Below, piece by piece: positions 31,614 through 42,060 of a stretch of 64,000 nt of DNA. Within the stretch, counting starts at the first letter, position 1. Every line of letters starts with the position of its first letter. The position numbers and the translations under genes are program-made. Below the pieces are notes generated by a model. The model worked only from the letters and a program-made list of their open reading frames with translations, was not told the origin of the DNA and did not search any database. The stretch comes from an uncultured Lentisphaerales bacterium (GTDB lineage: Bacteria; Verrucomicrobiota; Lentisphaeria; JABSQK01; UBA12247). The DNA lies in NCBI GenBank assembly GCA_943788985.1, contig CALSSJ010000032.1, forward strand, positions 32,001-96,000, written 5' to 3'.

Positions 31614-32438
31614 TTAATTTCTTGTGCTTTGCTGTACGCCACGTTGTTCAAACGTGGAAAAATTCCATAGATCTCGGTCGCGCAACTGCTGTAGCTGCAC
31701 ATTGCCCTGTGCCGCTAGCAGCGACTCTGCGATTCGTGGGTGCTCGCTACTCAGGTCCCCAAGCAGCCGCTTGATCCTCGCCCGCTGCAGGTTCGCCTGG
31801 TTGCCGCACAGGTTGCAGGGGATGATCGGATAGCCTTGTTCTCTTGCGAACTTGGCAATGTCTGCCTCGGGCGCATTACACAGCGGCCGGATGACCGTAT
31901 TCCTGCCATCATCGGAGCGAAGCTTCGGCGGCATTGCCGCAATTCGGCCGCTGAACAGCATGTTCATCAGAATGGTTTCGTTGGCGTCTTCGCGATGATG
32001 GCCTAGTGCAATCTTGGTAAATCCATTCTGATGTGCGTAGTTGTAGAGAATGCCACGTCGTAACCGTGCGCATAGTGAACAATAGGTCTTGCCTTCAGGA
32101 ATCTTCTCGACCACTACTGAATAGGTATCCCGCTCAATCACAGCGAGAGAAAAGCCGCGGCTCGCTAGCCAGTCGCGATACTCGTCTACCAAAAATCCCG
32201 GTTGCTTCTGGTCCAGAATAACCGGCTGAAGGCTGAATGAGAAGCTTGCACGTCGGCGAGTTTCTTCTAGCAGCAGTAGTAAGGCCGTTGAGTCCTTGCC
32301 CCCTGAGACCGCGACCAATACGCGGTCGTCGGGCCCGAGCATTTGATAGTCGTGCAGCGCGGTCGTGACTCGCCGGCGCAGGCCTTCCGCAAGATCGCTA
32401 ATCGGACGGTGAACTCTGGACTCAGAGGCGACGGACAT
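31614..32438 (-). CDS. ttcA: tRNA 2-thiocytidine(32) synthetase
   Basis: PP-loop SGGKDS, LDQKQPG, CSLCARLRRG, ALGHH, MPPKL and IIPCNLCG. Confidence 0.95.
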   Translation of the reverse strand: MSVASESRVHRPISDLAEGLRRRVTTALHDYQMLGPDDRVLVAVSGGKDSTALLLLLEETRRRASFSFSLQPVILDQKQPGFLVDEYRDWLASRGFSLAVIERDTYSVVVEKIPEGKTYCSLCARLRRGILYNYAHQNGFTKIALGHHREDANETILMNMLFSGRIAAMPPKLRSDDGRNTVIRPLCNAPEADIAKFAREQGYPIIPCNLCGNQANLQRARIKRLLGDLSSEHPRIAESLLAAQGNVQLQQLRDRDLWNFSTFEQRGVQQSTRN

Positions 32439-32470
32439 CGATGCGCACCGGTTGCGTTCATTGGCAGAAA

Positions 32471-32547
32471 TGGTGGGCGTTACTGGATTCGAACCAGTGA
32501 CTTCTACCGTGTGAAGGTAGCGCTCTAACCAACTGAGCTAAACGCCC
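32471..32547 (-). tRNA. tRNA-Val (anticodon CAC)
   Basis: GGGCGTTTAGCTCAGTTGGTTAGAGCG-CTACC-TTCACAC-GGTAG-AAGTCACTGGTTCGAATCCAGT-AACGCCC-ACCA forms a full cloverleaf with encoded CCA. Confidence 0.97.
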
Positions 32548-32606
32548 ACGCCTTTGGAGGGAGCGCGTACTGTGATCGCTGCGTAAACGAATTCAAGCGG
32601 GGCCCG

Positions 32607-34136
32607 TTACTTGAAGTCCTTGGGAATAATACTCAATCGGCGAATGCGGTAATTTAGCTTTCGCTGCGTAGTGCGCAGCGACCGGGCTGCCGCCGCGCAG
32701 TTTCCACGGTGCGCCTTGAGGCTATCGACGATGATTTCCCGCTCATAAGAATTCACCAGCGTTTCCAGCTCCGCGTCTTCGTCTAGCACAAGCTCCGTCT
32801 TAGTCTCGCTCGCTGTCTGCAGGGAGGGCGGAAGATTGAATCCGTGAATGACATCGTCTGTAGAAGTCAGGCACGCCCATTCCACGCAATTCTCCAGCTC
32901 ACGTACGTTACCGGGCCAGTGGTAGCTCATGATCATGTTAATCGCTGTCGTCGAGATGCGCCGGATTTGCTTGCTGTACTGTTTGTTGTACTTCTCAAGA
33001 AAGTGGTCCGCCAGCAGTACGATATCGCTCCGGCGCTCACGCAATGGCGGCATCATGATCGGGAACACGTTCAGGCGAAAATAGAGATCTTCGCGAAACT
33101 TCCCTTCATTCATCAGCTTTTCTAGATTCTGACTCGTTGCCGCGACAATGCGGACCTGGACTGAAATCGGCTCATTGCCGCCTACACGTTCAAACTGTCT
33201 CTCCTGAATGACACGTAGGAGACGAACCTGTACTGCCATCGGCACATCTCCGATTTCGTCCAGAAACAGGGTGCCACCGTTGGCAATTTCAAAGCGCCCC
33301 AGTCGCTGCTTTAATGCACCGGTAAAGGCCCCTTTCTCGTGCCCGAACAGTTCGCTTTCCACCAACCCTTCTGGCAATGCTGCGCAATTCACGCCTACAA
33401 AGGGCCCATTTCGCCGGCTGCTTCCGTAGTGCAATGCGCGGGCTACCAGCTCTTTGCCCGTCCCGGACTCGCCGCGAATCAACACCGTTGCGGGACTATC
33501 CGCGATCTGAGAAATTAGATTGTAGATCCCGCGCATTGCTGCGCAATTGCCGATGAGGTTGTTGGGGCGGTACTGGTCACTGAGTTCGGCGCGAAGCTCT
33601 CGATTCTCGCGGACCAGCGCCTCCCGCTCCTCCATTTGCAGGCGGATTCCAGCGATTGCTTCCGCCAGAACATTACAGATGATCTGAAGAAAGCTCAGGT
33701 TGTCACTGAGTTCCTCTTCGTTCCCCATCAGACGATCAATACTGAGCGTGCCGATGACATCTCCGCTGTGCACGATTGGCACACAGATAAAGGCAAGCTG
33801 GGCATCACCCCGCGCACCAGTTCGATCAAGAAACCTGTCATCCTCGCTGATATTAGGAACCATCAGGGCTTTACCAGTCTCAGCCACTAAGCCAGTTACG
33901 CCTTCACCTATCCGGTATTGTCCCAGCAACTGTGCATCTGCCGAAAGGCCCTTTGAAGCCTCGATAGTGAGGATGTTAGTGCCAGGTTTACGGATGGTGA
34001 CAGTTCCGCGTTGCAACCCCAACTCATGATCAAGGATATCGAAGACTTCCCGCAACAACGCACCAATGTCTTTATGGTGCGTCACGGCCTGGCTGATGCG
34101 ATATAGCATCTCTAATTCGCGCTTGCCTTGCGCCAT
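32607..34136 (-). CDS. GAF-AAA+-HTH sigma-54 activator (NifA subfamily)
   Basis: GAF motifs GEGVTG and FICVPI, then GESGTGKE, ESELFGHEKGAFTGA, WPGNVRELEN and a C-terminal Fis-type HTH. Confidence 0.92.
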   Translation of the reverse strand: MAQGKRELEMLYRISQAVTHHKDIGALLREVFDILDHELGLQRGTVTIRKPGTNILTIEASKGLSADAQLLGQYRIGEGVTGLVAETGKALMVPNISEDDRFLDRTGARGDAQLAFICVPIVHSGDVIGTLSIDRLMGNEEELSDNLSFLQIICNVLAEAIAGIRLQMEEREALVRENRELRAELSDQYRPNNLIGNCAAMRGIYNLISQIADSPATVLIRGESGTGKELVARALHYGSSRRNGPFVGVNCAALPEGLVESELFGHEKGAFTGALKQRLGRFEIANGGTLFLDEIGDVPMAVQVRLLRVIQERQFERVGGNEPISVQVRIVAATSQNLEKLMNEGKFREDLYFRLNVFPIMMPPLRERRSDIVLLADHFLEKYNKQYSKQIRRISTTAINMIMSYHWPGNVRELENCVEWACLTSTDDVIHGFNLPPSLQTASETKTELVLDEDAELETLVNSYEREIIVDSLKAHRGNCAAAARSLRTTQRKLNYRIRRLSIIPKDFK

Positions 34137-34245
34137 GACATTATCCTTACAAATTTGTAGTCTACCCAGTGCTAACCTTCGTTATTGTTGTTACGTTAAC
34201 GAAGAATGCCATTTTTGTAGCAATTTAATCCGACCCAAAACCCGA

Positions 34246-34261
34246 AGCAGGAAGCATGCCA
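34246..34261 (-). promoter_or_regulatory. Sigma-54 (-24/-12) promoter upstream of the NifA-like gene
   Basis: Minus strand TGGCATGCTTCCTGCT with exact GG-N10-GC spacing. Confidence 0.65.
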
Positions 34262-34282
34262 TGATTCTGGGAGGGGCTGCAT

Positions 34283-37200
34283 TTACAGCAGTGGAAGGAT
34301 GTATACCCAGTATCCGACCCCGGGCTCGAATAGGCCATAGTGGCGACTGTAGGCTCGCTCCTGCGGATCCCAACTCCACACGATCAGAATCTCATCAGAA
34401 TTCTCGACGAATGAACCCGCGTCTAGGTCGCCGAAAGGAGGAAGGGCTCGCTGACCGATCATGTGCCAGCCCGGAGTCAGAGTGGACTGTATAATCGGTT
34501 CCAAGATTCCGGTTAGCGGCACGGTCCTAGCAGTCAGGGGCCAAAAGTTGAAATAGCCGGAGCCCGGCTGAAAATCTTGCTCGAGAACCAGCGTGGTGCC
34601 ATTCCAGCGGAAGCCGCCGTACAGGCCCTGCGCGCGCAGACCAGCCAGATCAACGGGCTCAATGGTGACCGGGTGCGCTGTTACCTGCCAGCCCAGCACT
34701 TGCTTTACGAAATACGGGACCGCACCATACAGAATTTGGAAACGCCGGACTACGTCTGGCTCGATGCTTAGGCTCTGCTGATCTGCCATGGCAATAAGAT
34801 TGGTCGCGTCCAGTGGGGCATCAGCCTCATTTACCTCGAGCAGATATAGCCCGGACGTGAGAAGTGTGGACGCCGTCCAAGACAGCTCTATTCCCGCGGC
34901 CTCATGAGTCGTATCTACAGTCATGGTCCAAGACCCGGTTTCCGCCACCGGGCGATAATCGGAGGCCAGATCCAACGCCGGCGACTCGAAGAAGGCCCGG
35001 TTTCCGGTGGTTGGCGTTGCACCTCGATCAGGCCGAGGGGTACCGACGTCGAAGCCATTGGTCGCCTTTGCCTCCATACCGATGCGCAGGACTGGATCCG
35101 GACCACCAGCGACTGTCATGCTAAACGTCCAGCCTAAGCTAAACGTAGCTGTCGCGGATCCGCTCTGGGCTCCGTCATTGTCCTTCACGCGATAGACGAG
35201 GTCGTCTTCGCCACCTCTGAAGCGCGAGGCGGTGTAGCGAAGGGTGCCTGTCGTGGGGACAAATGATGAGATTGTGCCAAGGCGAGGGTCCGTAAGAACC
35301 TCCAAGACCAGCTCGTCTGTACCATCTGCCAGGTCTGGATCGACAATCCCCAAGTTGAATGTCTGCCCGTCGCCGGCATCTAGCGCATAGCTGCGATTGG
35401 CGACAACCGGAGGCGTGTTCTGAATCGTGAAGGCTGCCGTCGCAGGCTTGTTTGTCACGGCTCCCGCTCCATAGGGATCCGTCTCGGCTGTTGCGGTCAT
35501 CAGCCACTGCTGGTGTTTGGCTGTGTTTCCAGCTGTCAGCTGTGCTGCTTCTATCAGCGTGTTGCCGGTGGTCCACCGCAGTGAGTGACCTGTCACCGCA
35601 TCCCCGTCAGGATCTGCGCCCTGACTCACGAGTGTGAGCGAGATCTGGTCGGTAGTGCGGGGGGCGAGCGGTGTAACCTGAACCTCTGGGGCAGGCGCTA
35701 GACGATCCGTATCGTTCACGGTCAGGGCGGTCCAGACTAGTGAGGCTGTCTGGCCTGCTGTATCCCAGACTCGCAAGCCGACTGTGCCTGCAGCCGACAT
35801 CGCTGGATGCTGAACATGCTCGTGCGGAGGCACAATCTGGGCTCCGGTCTCGTCGCCAGAGGCCGTGTTGCCCGCGAAAAACCACGACACTTCGAGCGGT
35901 GGAATCCCGCCCCGTAAACTAATGCCAAACGGTGAGGCCACGCCCTCTGTCACCGTGATCGGGTCATTAACCTGACCTAGGGATGCTGGACCCGTGAATG
36001 TGCCAGGGCTTGCCGTAAGAATCTGCAAGCGTTCGTCTGTGCTTGGATCTCCGCCAGATTGAAACTCTACAAGATTAACCACGCCATCAGCATCGGGGTC
36101 ACTATCCCGGCTGGAAAGCAGATCTGGGAGATACAGGAACTCCCAACTATCTGAAAGCGAGTCCCCATCTAGGTCAAGCGGCACGGTGATCACAATTGTG
36201 TCTATCCCGCTCCGGGCCTGATCGTCTTCAATCATCACGGTCAGTGTATACGTGCCAGGGGTTGCGAACTCCGCAACCAGATCGTTGGCGAAGACGCCGC
36301 CGTTATATAGTCCGAAGTCAGCTCCAGCCTCTGCGGCCGACCAGGTGTAGGCTAAAAAGAAGCTGTTGCCTGGGTTGGTGCCTGATACTGTCAACTGGGC
36401 ACGTAGTGGCTCTCCGGCTATTGCGGTGGCAGCCAATGTCAGGACCTGCGGCGGGTCCGAGAGGAACTCGTAGGAGAATTCCGCGCTCGCGATTGGGCTT
36501 GGTTGATAACCAGTGGCAAAGGTGCGGGCTTTGACGATCGTCCAGCCGTCCACGATGAAGGCCGCAGTGTACAACGTACTGGCCTCGGTCGGGGTGGTGC
36601 CGTCGACCGTGTAGCGGATCTCACTGCCGAGAGCGGCTCCCAGCGTGACGGACGTTTCGCGGGAAATGACCCCGCCGTGAGGCGTGATGCTGGGCGTGAC
36701 ACTCACGCCCAATGCGCCCTGGCCACTTCGCGAATTGTTAGACTCGTTGCTCTCGGCTACTGTGTTTGCGAAGTCCGCAAACACAGTGACGTAGGTACCA
36801 GTTGGTAGCGCCAACGTCAGCTCGGACTCTGCACCGGCAGATAGTACCTGACCGGCTACATCTGTGAGGGGCGCACCAGCACTGTCGACTACCCGGATGG
36901 TGTAGGAGGCGGCGCTGGTTTCTCCAAGATTCTCGATTACGAACGTCGTGTCCTGCTTGTCTTTACTGTGGTACACGGTCCGTACGGAGGCCACAGTGAG
37001 GTCTGGAAGAAATACCTGCTGGTCCGTGTCGTTGTTGGTCTCATCGCCCTCTGTGACTGCGTCGCCGGAATCAGCGTGGGCCGACAGCGTCAAGGGGGCG
37101 ATCGGTGCCAGGCCCAGAACCCAGTTTGCAGTGAAGCTTTCCGATTGACCGGGGGCAAGTGCGGAGATTTCACGCGTTGCCACTTCATTTCCATCCAGTT

Positions 37201-40200
37201 TGATACTCACGCTGCTAGCTGGAGCGGAAGCCGTTCCGATATTGGTAATGGTCACGTCGACCGCCGCATTCAGGCCGTCCAGGTGGACGGAACTATCAAA
37301 GCGCGAGGTCAGGTCTGAAGAGTCTACTAGAAAATCTGCCACCAAAGCGACGTCATCTTGAGACGCCCGCCGGACATCGACAAGCGGTGGATCTATTGGC
37401 ACGATCACGCCGATTGAACCGTCCGCCAGGGCGGCGACATTGCGAACGACCAAAATCTCGTCGCCGGGCAGCACCGTGGCGGTTGGCGTGCGTTCAAAGG
37501 CTGTTTCGGGGCTCAGCAGGTAGGGAGGGAGCCAGCCAAGTCCATCCTGCGAAGTTTGCAAAACAGTGAGCTGCTGACCGATCTCAGTTTGTCGTGGGTA
37601 GATCAGAGCGTGGGTGGTGCTATCGCTGCTCCGCGCGGAAATCAGGTCCAAGTTGCCTACCGATCCGCCGGGGGTGGTGATCGTGGTCGGACTCTGGGTT
37701 GCGGCCGCGGGTGCCTCGACTAGGTCGTCTTCCTGCAGCCATATCAGCCACGGGGCGCCAGCGCGCATAAATAGCTGAGGGGCATGGTCGGCCGCAGTAT
37801 CGGCTGTCAACTGCTGCAGGGCTGCCCAAGTTCCTGAGCTGCGGTTAAAGGTCGCGAGAAAAAGCTCCCGGTCGGCTCCGGTTTCAGCATCGAAATCTGT
37901 ATCAATAGCGACAACCGCGTAGATCTCATTGCCAGTAAACAGGATGTCGACGTCTAAGATCGGGCCCACGGATAATGCTCCGCTGATGCCTCCTGGGGTG
38001 GTCCAGCCTACTTGCGGGTCGTAGTAGGCGAACATCAGGACATTCTGCTCGGCCTGCGTCCCTACTAGATTATTGGAGTTGTTGCGGGTCCAGATTGCCA
38101 TCGCTGAGCCATCGCCGGTCATCGCAAGATGGGGGGAGTGGTCGTAAAGGCGGTCGTTTGTCAGCGTAGTCGTCTCCGACCAAGTATCCGAAGTACGGTC
38201 ATAGTGTCGAACTGCGATTTCCTGCAGGCGGGCCACGTCACCGATGCTTGCGGTATCAGAGAGGGGCGCTGCGGTATTCTGCCAGATCACAACGAAGCTG
38301 TCATCGCTGCCTGCCACGGCTGGTGCAAAGTCCGCGGTGCCGTCGTTGAACAAAACTTCGGAAGCCTGCCAACTGCCGTCGTAGAGTTGAACGTTGAGCA
38401 TGGTGCGGTTTTCGAGTGTGCGTGTGCCGTCGTCACCGATCCAGGCGAGTAGTGCTTCGTCGCCGGAAGAGGCGACCGTGGGGTGACTGTAGGGGTAAAC
38501 GTGCTGATGTAGCCCGGCGATCCCGTCGCTTGCTGCCAGATATCCACGGCCAAGTTGCTGCCAGTTAGCGCGTGCTCCGCCGGAACGGCTTGCTGAGCCA
38601 ATTTCATTCCATTGGAATGTCCAGGCGTTTACGAGGGCCTCGAAACCCAAGAGGCTGGTGCGGTACTCGCCGCCGGTAACCAGTAAGCTGCCGAGTCGGT
38701 CGTTGGCCGGACTTGGCGTGACCTCCTGCTCGCCAGCGAATCCGATGGCAATATCGAGATTCACCCCTTGCAGGATCTCCGAGCCATCAGTCCAAATACC
38801 CTGGAGCGAGGTTGTGATCTGGCCGTCCCAGGCAAGTGCATCTGTAGAGTCAGTCGGTGTTGGAAGTGTCGATAGCGACCACTCGACCCGGCCGCCGATG
38901 GGCACATAGGGGCTGATCGGCACGTTCGGCGGATTCACCCCACGCGTTGGTAAACTTGCGACACCAGATGTGATGTCGTGCTCATGCTGTTGCACGTTCC
39001 AAGTATCTGTATCGGTCTCGTATTGCAAGTCTATGGTGGTAGAGAATGTTCCGGGCAGTGGCTCGCCCAACTGGATCTCAAAGGGCCCGGTAGCCAGGAC
39101 AACGGCAGATCCGTTCTCGTGGAGGGTGAATTGGATATTCAAGTCAGTGTCGCCAATCCCGAAGGCACTCCCAGTGAGCATCGGGAAAAACTCATCGACG
39201 ATTGCCGGGGCGGCATAAACCAGCGGCTGCGGCGTGGCACTCCAATCACTGCGCAGCTCGTAGCGAATCGTAGCCTCATCAGTCACGGCTCGCAGCTCAA
39301 TTCCGGTAATTTGAAGCGGCGGCTGCGCTACCTCGAAGTTGGCGTCGTACCAGTTGCCGGTATTGCCCTCGGCATCAATAAGTCGGACCTGAAGGCGCCC
39401 GCCTGGACCGAACATGCCGCCCACTTCGATTGCCCGAGTGAGGAGCACAGCATCTTGTTGAGCGCGGCCGGTCGGAGCGGAGAATTCGATAACACCTGGC
39501 TCGGCTCCAGCCCAATCCGGGACGATCTCCAGTTCCAGTCGCAATGGAACGGTGTCGAGAAACACCGCAGGCTTGGTGTATGATGAGAACTGGGTGCGAA
39601 GATCTAGCACGCGGAGTAATGAGCGCGTATCCACAAAGAAGGTACTGCTGGTGACAAATTCCCCGGAAACCGTGTTCAGCAGCCCGAGTTGCATGTCGGT
39701 GCTGACACCTTCCTTCCAGTCAAGGCCAGCGTGCCAGGTGAGGTCACTGGTCTGCCACTCGGTGGTCGGGGAGACTGCCAACGGGCCATCGACGGTCTGC
39801 ACGTCAATCTGATTCCAGGTAAGCCCACGGTCACTGGACGCGACCAGAGCAAGCTGCGCGAAGGCTGAAACGTCGTCCCGATAGCGAAAGCTCCCCTGAA
39901 CCAACGCTGTGGAGCCGGCCCCGGCGGAAAAGGCTTCTAGCCATTCCATGGTGGAGGTGCTGACGTCGCTTCGCCACAGAATGTTACCTGCGGTGAGCGC
40001 GTCCGCTTCGCGATGCCCTTCACTCAGGGACGCGCGCACGAGGTAGCCAGTGTCCCGCTCAAGTGTGGCGCCATCGCTGTCTCGAAAGTCTGCGAGTCTA
40101 AACTCGGCGGACACTTCGCCGCTGCTAGTCATGAAGACAGCTGCGGGCCCATCAGCCGGTGTATGCAGGCCTTCGCCAATGATGCTGACGTTCAGAGCCA

Positions 40201-40649
40201 GGGGAACTGCCGAGTTACTCAGATTGGTGACCGCCACAGATACTCGAATGGTGTCCGGGGAGGTCCAGACGAATGCGGCCGAATCGGATACGAACGAGAG
40301 CCTCGCGAGAATCCACCGGGAACCCCGCGGATTCCTCGGAGTCGATGCTATTGGAGAACGCGGTATTTGCCGCGAACGAGCCAGTCGCTGAGGACGCGTA
40401 AGGCGGTTCAAGCACTCCCGGCCACTCATGCCAACGGGTGCTAATCGTAAAGCTGAGCGACTCGGCCTGTGACTCCTTGTCGCGAGTGAAATCTCCCGGC
40501 CATTCATTCCAGCCGGTGTGCGCGAGAAAGAAATTGGAGATCGCAAAGCTCTGCGCCCGCGGCTCCTGCGCCATGGCGCAGGTGGCTCCCAGGACTAGGA
40601 GAGCGGCGAGGTGTGCCCGCCAGTTTGTCGCACGCAGGTGCATCCGCAT
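34283..40649 (-). CDS. ~2100-aa secreted multidomain surface protein (beta-propeller-like repeats, 2x CARDB, Fn3-associated, PKD/Ig, TSP3-like Ca repeat, cadherin-like), with a +1 frameshift at ~40301
   Basis: The signal peptide MRMHLR...LAALLVLGATCAMA lies in ORF 40215-40730 and joins the long ORF after one base is removed. Motifs AVTEGDETNN, VAESNESNN, IRYTVDGTTPT, DLDGDSLSDSWE and NTPPVV. Confidence 0.8.
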
Positions 40650-40662
40650 CCGAAATACCGGA

Positions 40663-41907
40663 CTATTGGTTGATCGAACGTCGGACGACACGAAAGCCCA
40701 GGTCGGGACCGAAGCTGCCTGGCGCATCACCGCGCCGGCCTGCGATGCGGAGTTCTAGGACGGGGTCGCTCCAACTGCCGCCTCGGATGGTGCGCGTTCC
40801 CCAAGGATGGGTGAGCGAGTTTACTTGATGATCCACTGAGTCTGCGCTGGGATAAGGATACGGGCTGTAGCCGGAACGGCACCACTCGCGCACATTGCCA
40901 GCCATGTCATAGAGGCCATTGTCGTTGGCTTGATCGAAACCGACTGGGATTTGCCCGCCGTTGTAGGAACCCACTTGAGTGGTTTTGTATAGCTGGCTTT
41001 CGAAAATGTCGCCGCTGTTCAGGAAGTTCGCTTTGCTTACCATGTCATCGACAGTGCCGTCTGTTGTCATCGGGTAGGCTTCGTGGTCCGCGCCAGCTAG
41101 TTTGGTGGGACCGCGGGCGGCCATTTCCCATTCGGCTTCAGTCGGCAGATCGTACACAGTGTCGCCGGTAGTGTAGTACTGGCAGAAGGCGATCGCGCCA
41201 TACCAGCTGACGTTGACCACTGGATGTTTTACGTAGTTTTCTGAGATTGTGAAGGTATCGCCGATTTTGGTAATGCGGATCGGATCGGTCTGCCCGTTGT
41301 AGAGCAGCTTGCCAGCAAACGGCCCGCTTAGGGCAAAGGCGGATGCGTTGATCATCTGAATCTCGCCCGCGGTCCACGCGGCGCGGAGAAATTCGGCGTA
41401 TTGCTCATTCGTGACCTCGAACTTGCTGATCTCAAACTGGTTGATGGTCACTTGGCTGGTGGGGACTTCATCGGAATCGCCGTCGCCTTCTGCGCTCTGC
41501 TCTCGGCCTAGCGTCAAGGTGCCCGCCGCGATTGTAGAGACCTCGAAGCTGGCTGGCTCGGGAACCGCGCCAGCGCCTGTTTCGGCGATGACTTTTACCC
41601 GCATGTCGCCATTGAACTGCCAATCATAGTCCAGACGCATGTCCCAGATAACGTGCTTCAGTGTGCCTGCAGCAATGCCGGGGCCCACATCGCCCGCTAG
41701 TGCAGCAGCAGAGGGCAACAGAGAAAACGTCGTGCCGCCATCTGTCGAAATACGCACGATCACACGCGCGTCCTCGGACGTCGCGAGATCATAGCGAATG
41801 TCTACGAGCTTGGTGTCTGTACGCTGTAGCGCAGTCACGTTAGAAACCTGAGGCGCTGCGAGCCCCAATAGGGAAAAGACAAAGAAACCGAAACATAGTT
41901 GTTTCAT
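40663..41907 (-). CDS. Secreted FGE-sulfatase (SUMF1) fold protein with an N-terminal Ig-like domain
   Basis: Motifs FEVTNEQY, HPVVNVSW, LPTEAEWEMAARG, GLYDMAGNVREW, RGGSW and GFRVV. Signal peptide and AGGAGG RBS at MKQLC. Confidence 0.9.
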   Translation of the reverse strand: MKQLCFGFFVFSLLGLAAPQVSNVTALQRTDTKLVDIRYDLATSEDARVIVRISTDGGTTFSLLPSAAALAGDVGPGIAAGTLKHVIWDMRLDYDWQFNGDMRVKVIAETGAGAVPEPASFEVSTIAAGTLTLGREQSAEGDGDSDEVPTSQVTINQFEISKFEVTNEQYAEFLRAAWTAGEIQMINASAFALSGPFAGKLLYNGQTDPIRITKIGDTFTISENYVKHPVVNVSWYGAIAFCQYYTTGDTVYDLPTEAEWEMAARGPTKLAGADHEAYPMTTDGTVDDMVSKANFLNSGDIFESQLYKTTQVGSYNGGQIPVGFDQANDNGLYDMAGNVREWCRSGYSPYPYPSADSVDHQVNSLTHPWGTRTIRGGSWSDPVLELRIAGRRGDAPGSFGPDLGFRVVRRSINQ

Positions 41908-42060
41908 AGCAGAAAGCCTCCTGATTTGCACGTAGCATAAATTAGTTCCGCGACGCGGTCGCGGAGCGAATAATATTGACGCGTGATTCGGCAAATGCGA
42001 GCACGGCCAGCAGTCAGTTTGGAACTACGCCCTAAAGCTCGGATTCTGACGGTACTCTTT

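Noticed and set aside
32607..34136. Evidence for nitrogen fixation (nifA)
   Set aside because: The GAF-AAA-HTH architecture is not specific to NifA, and no nif structural genes are present.
40663..40800. DGR variable region at the FGE-domain C-terminus
   Set aside because: This fold is a common DGR target, but I found no second copy of the segment and no RT here. A remote TR cannot be excluded.
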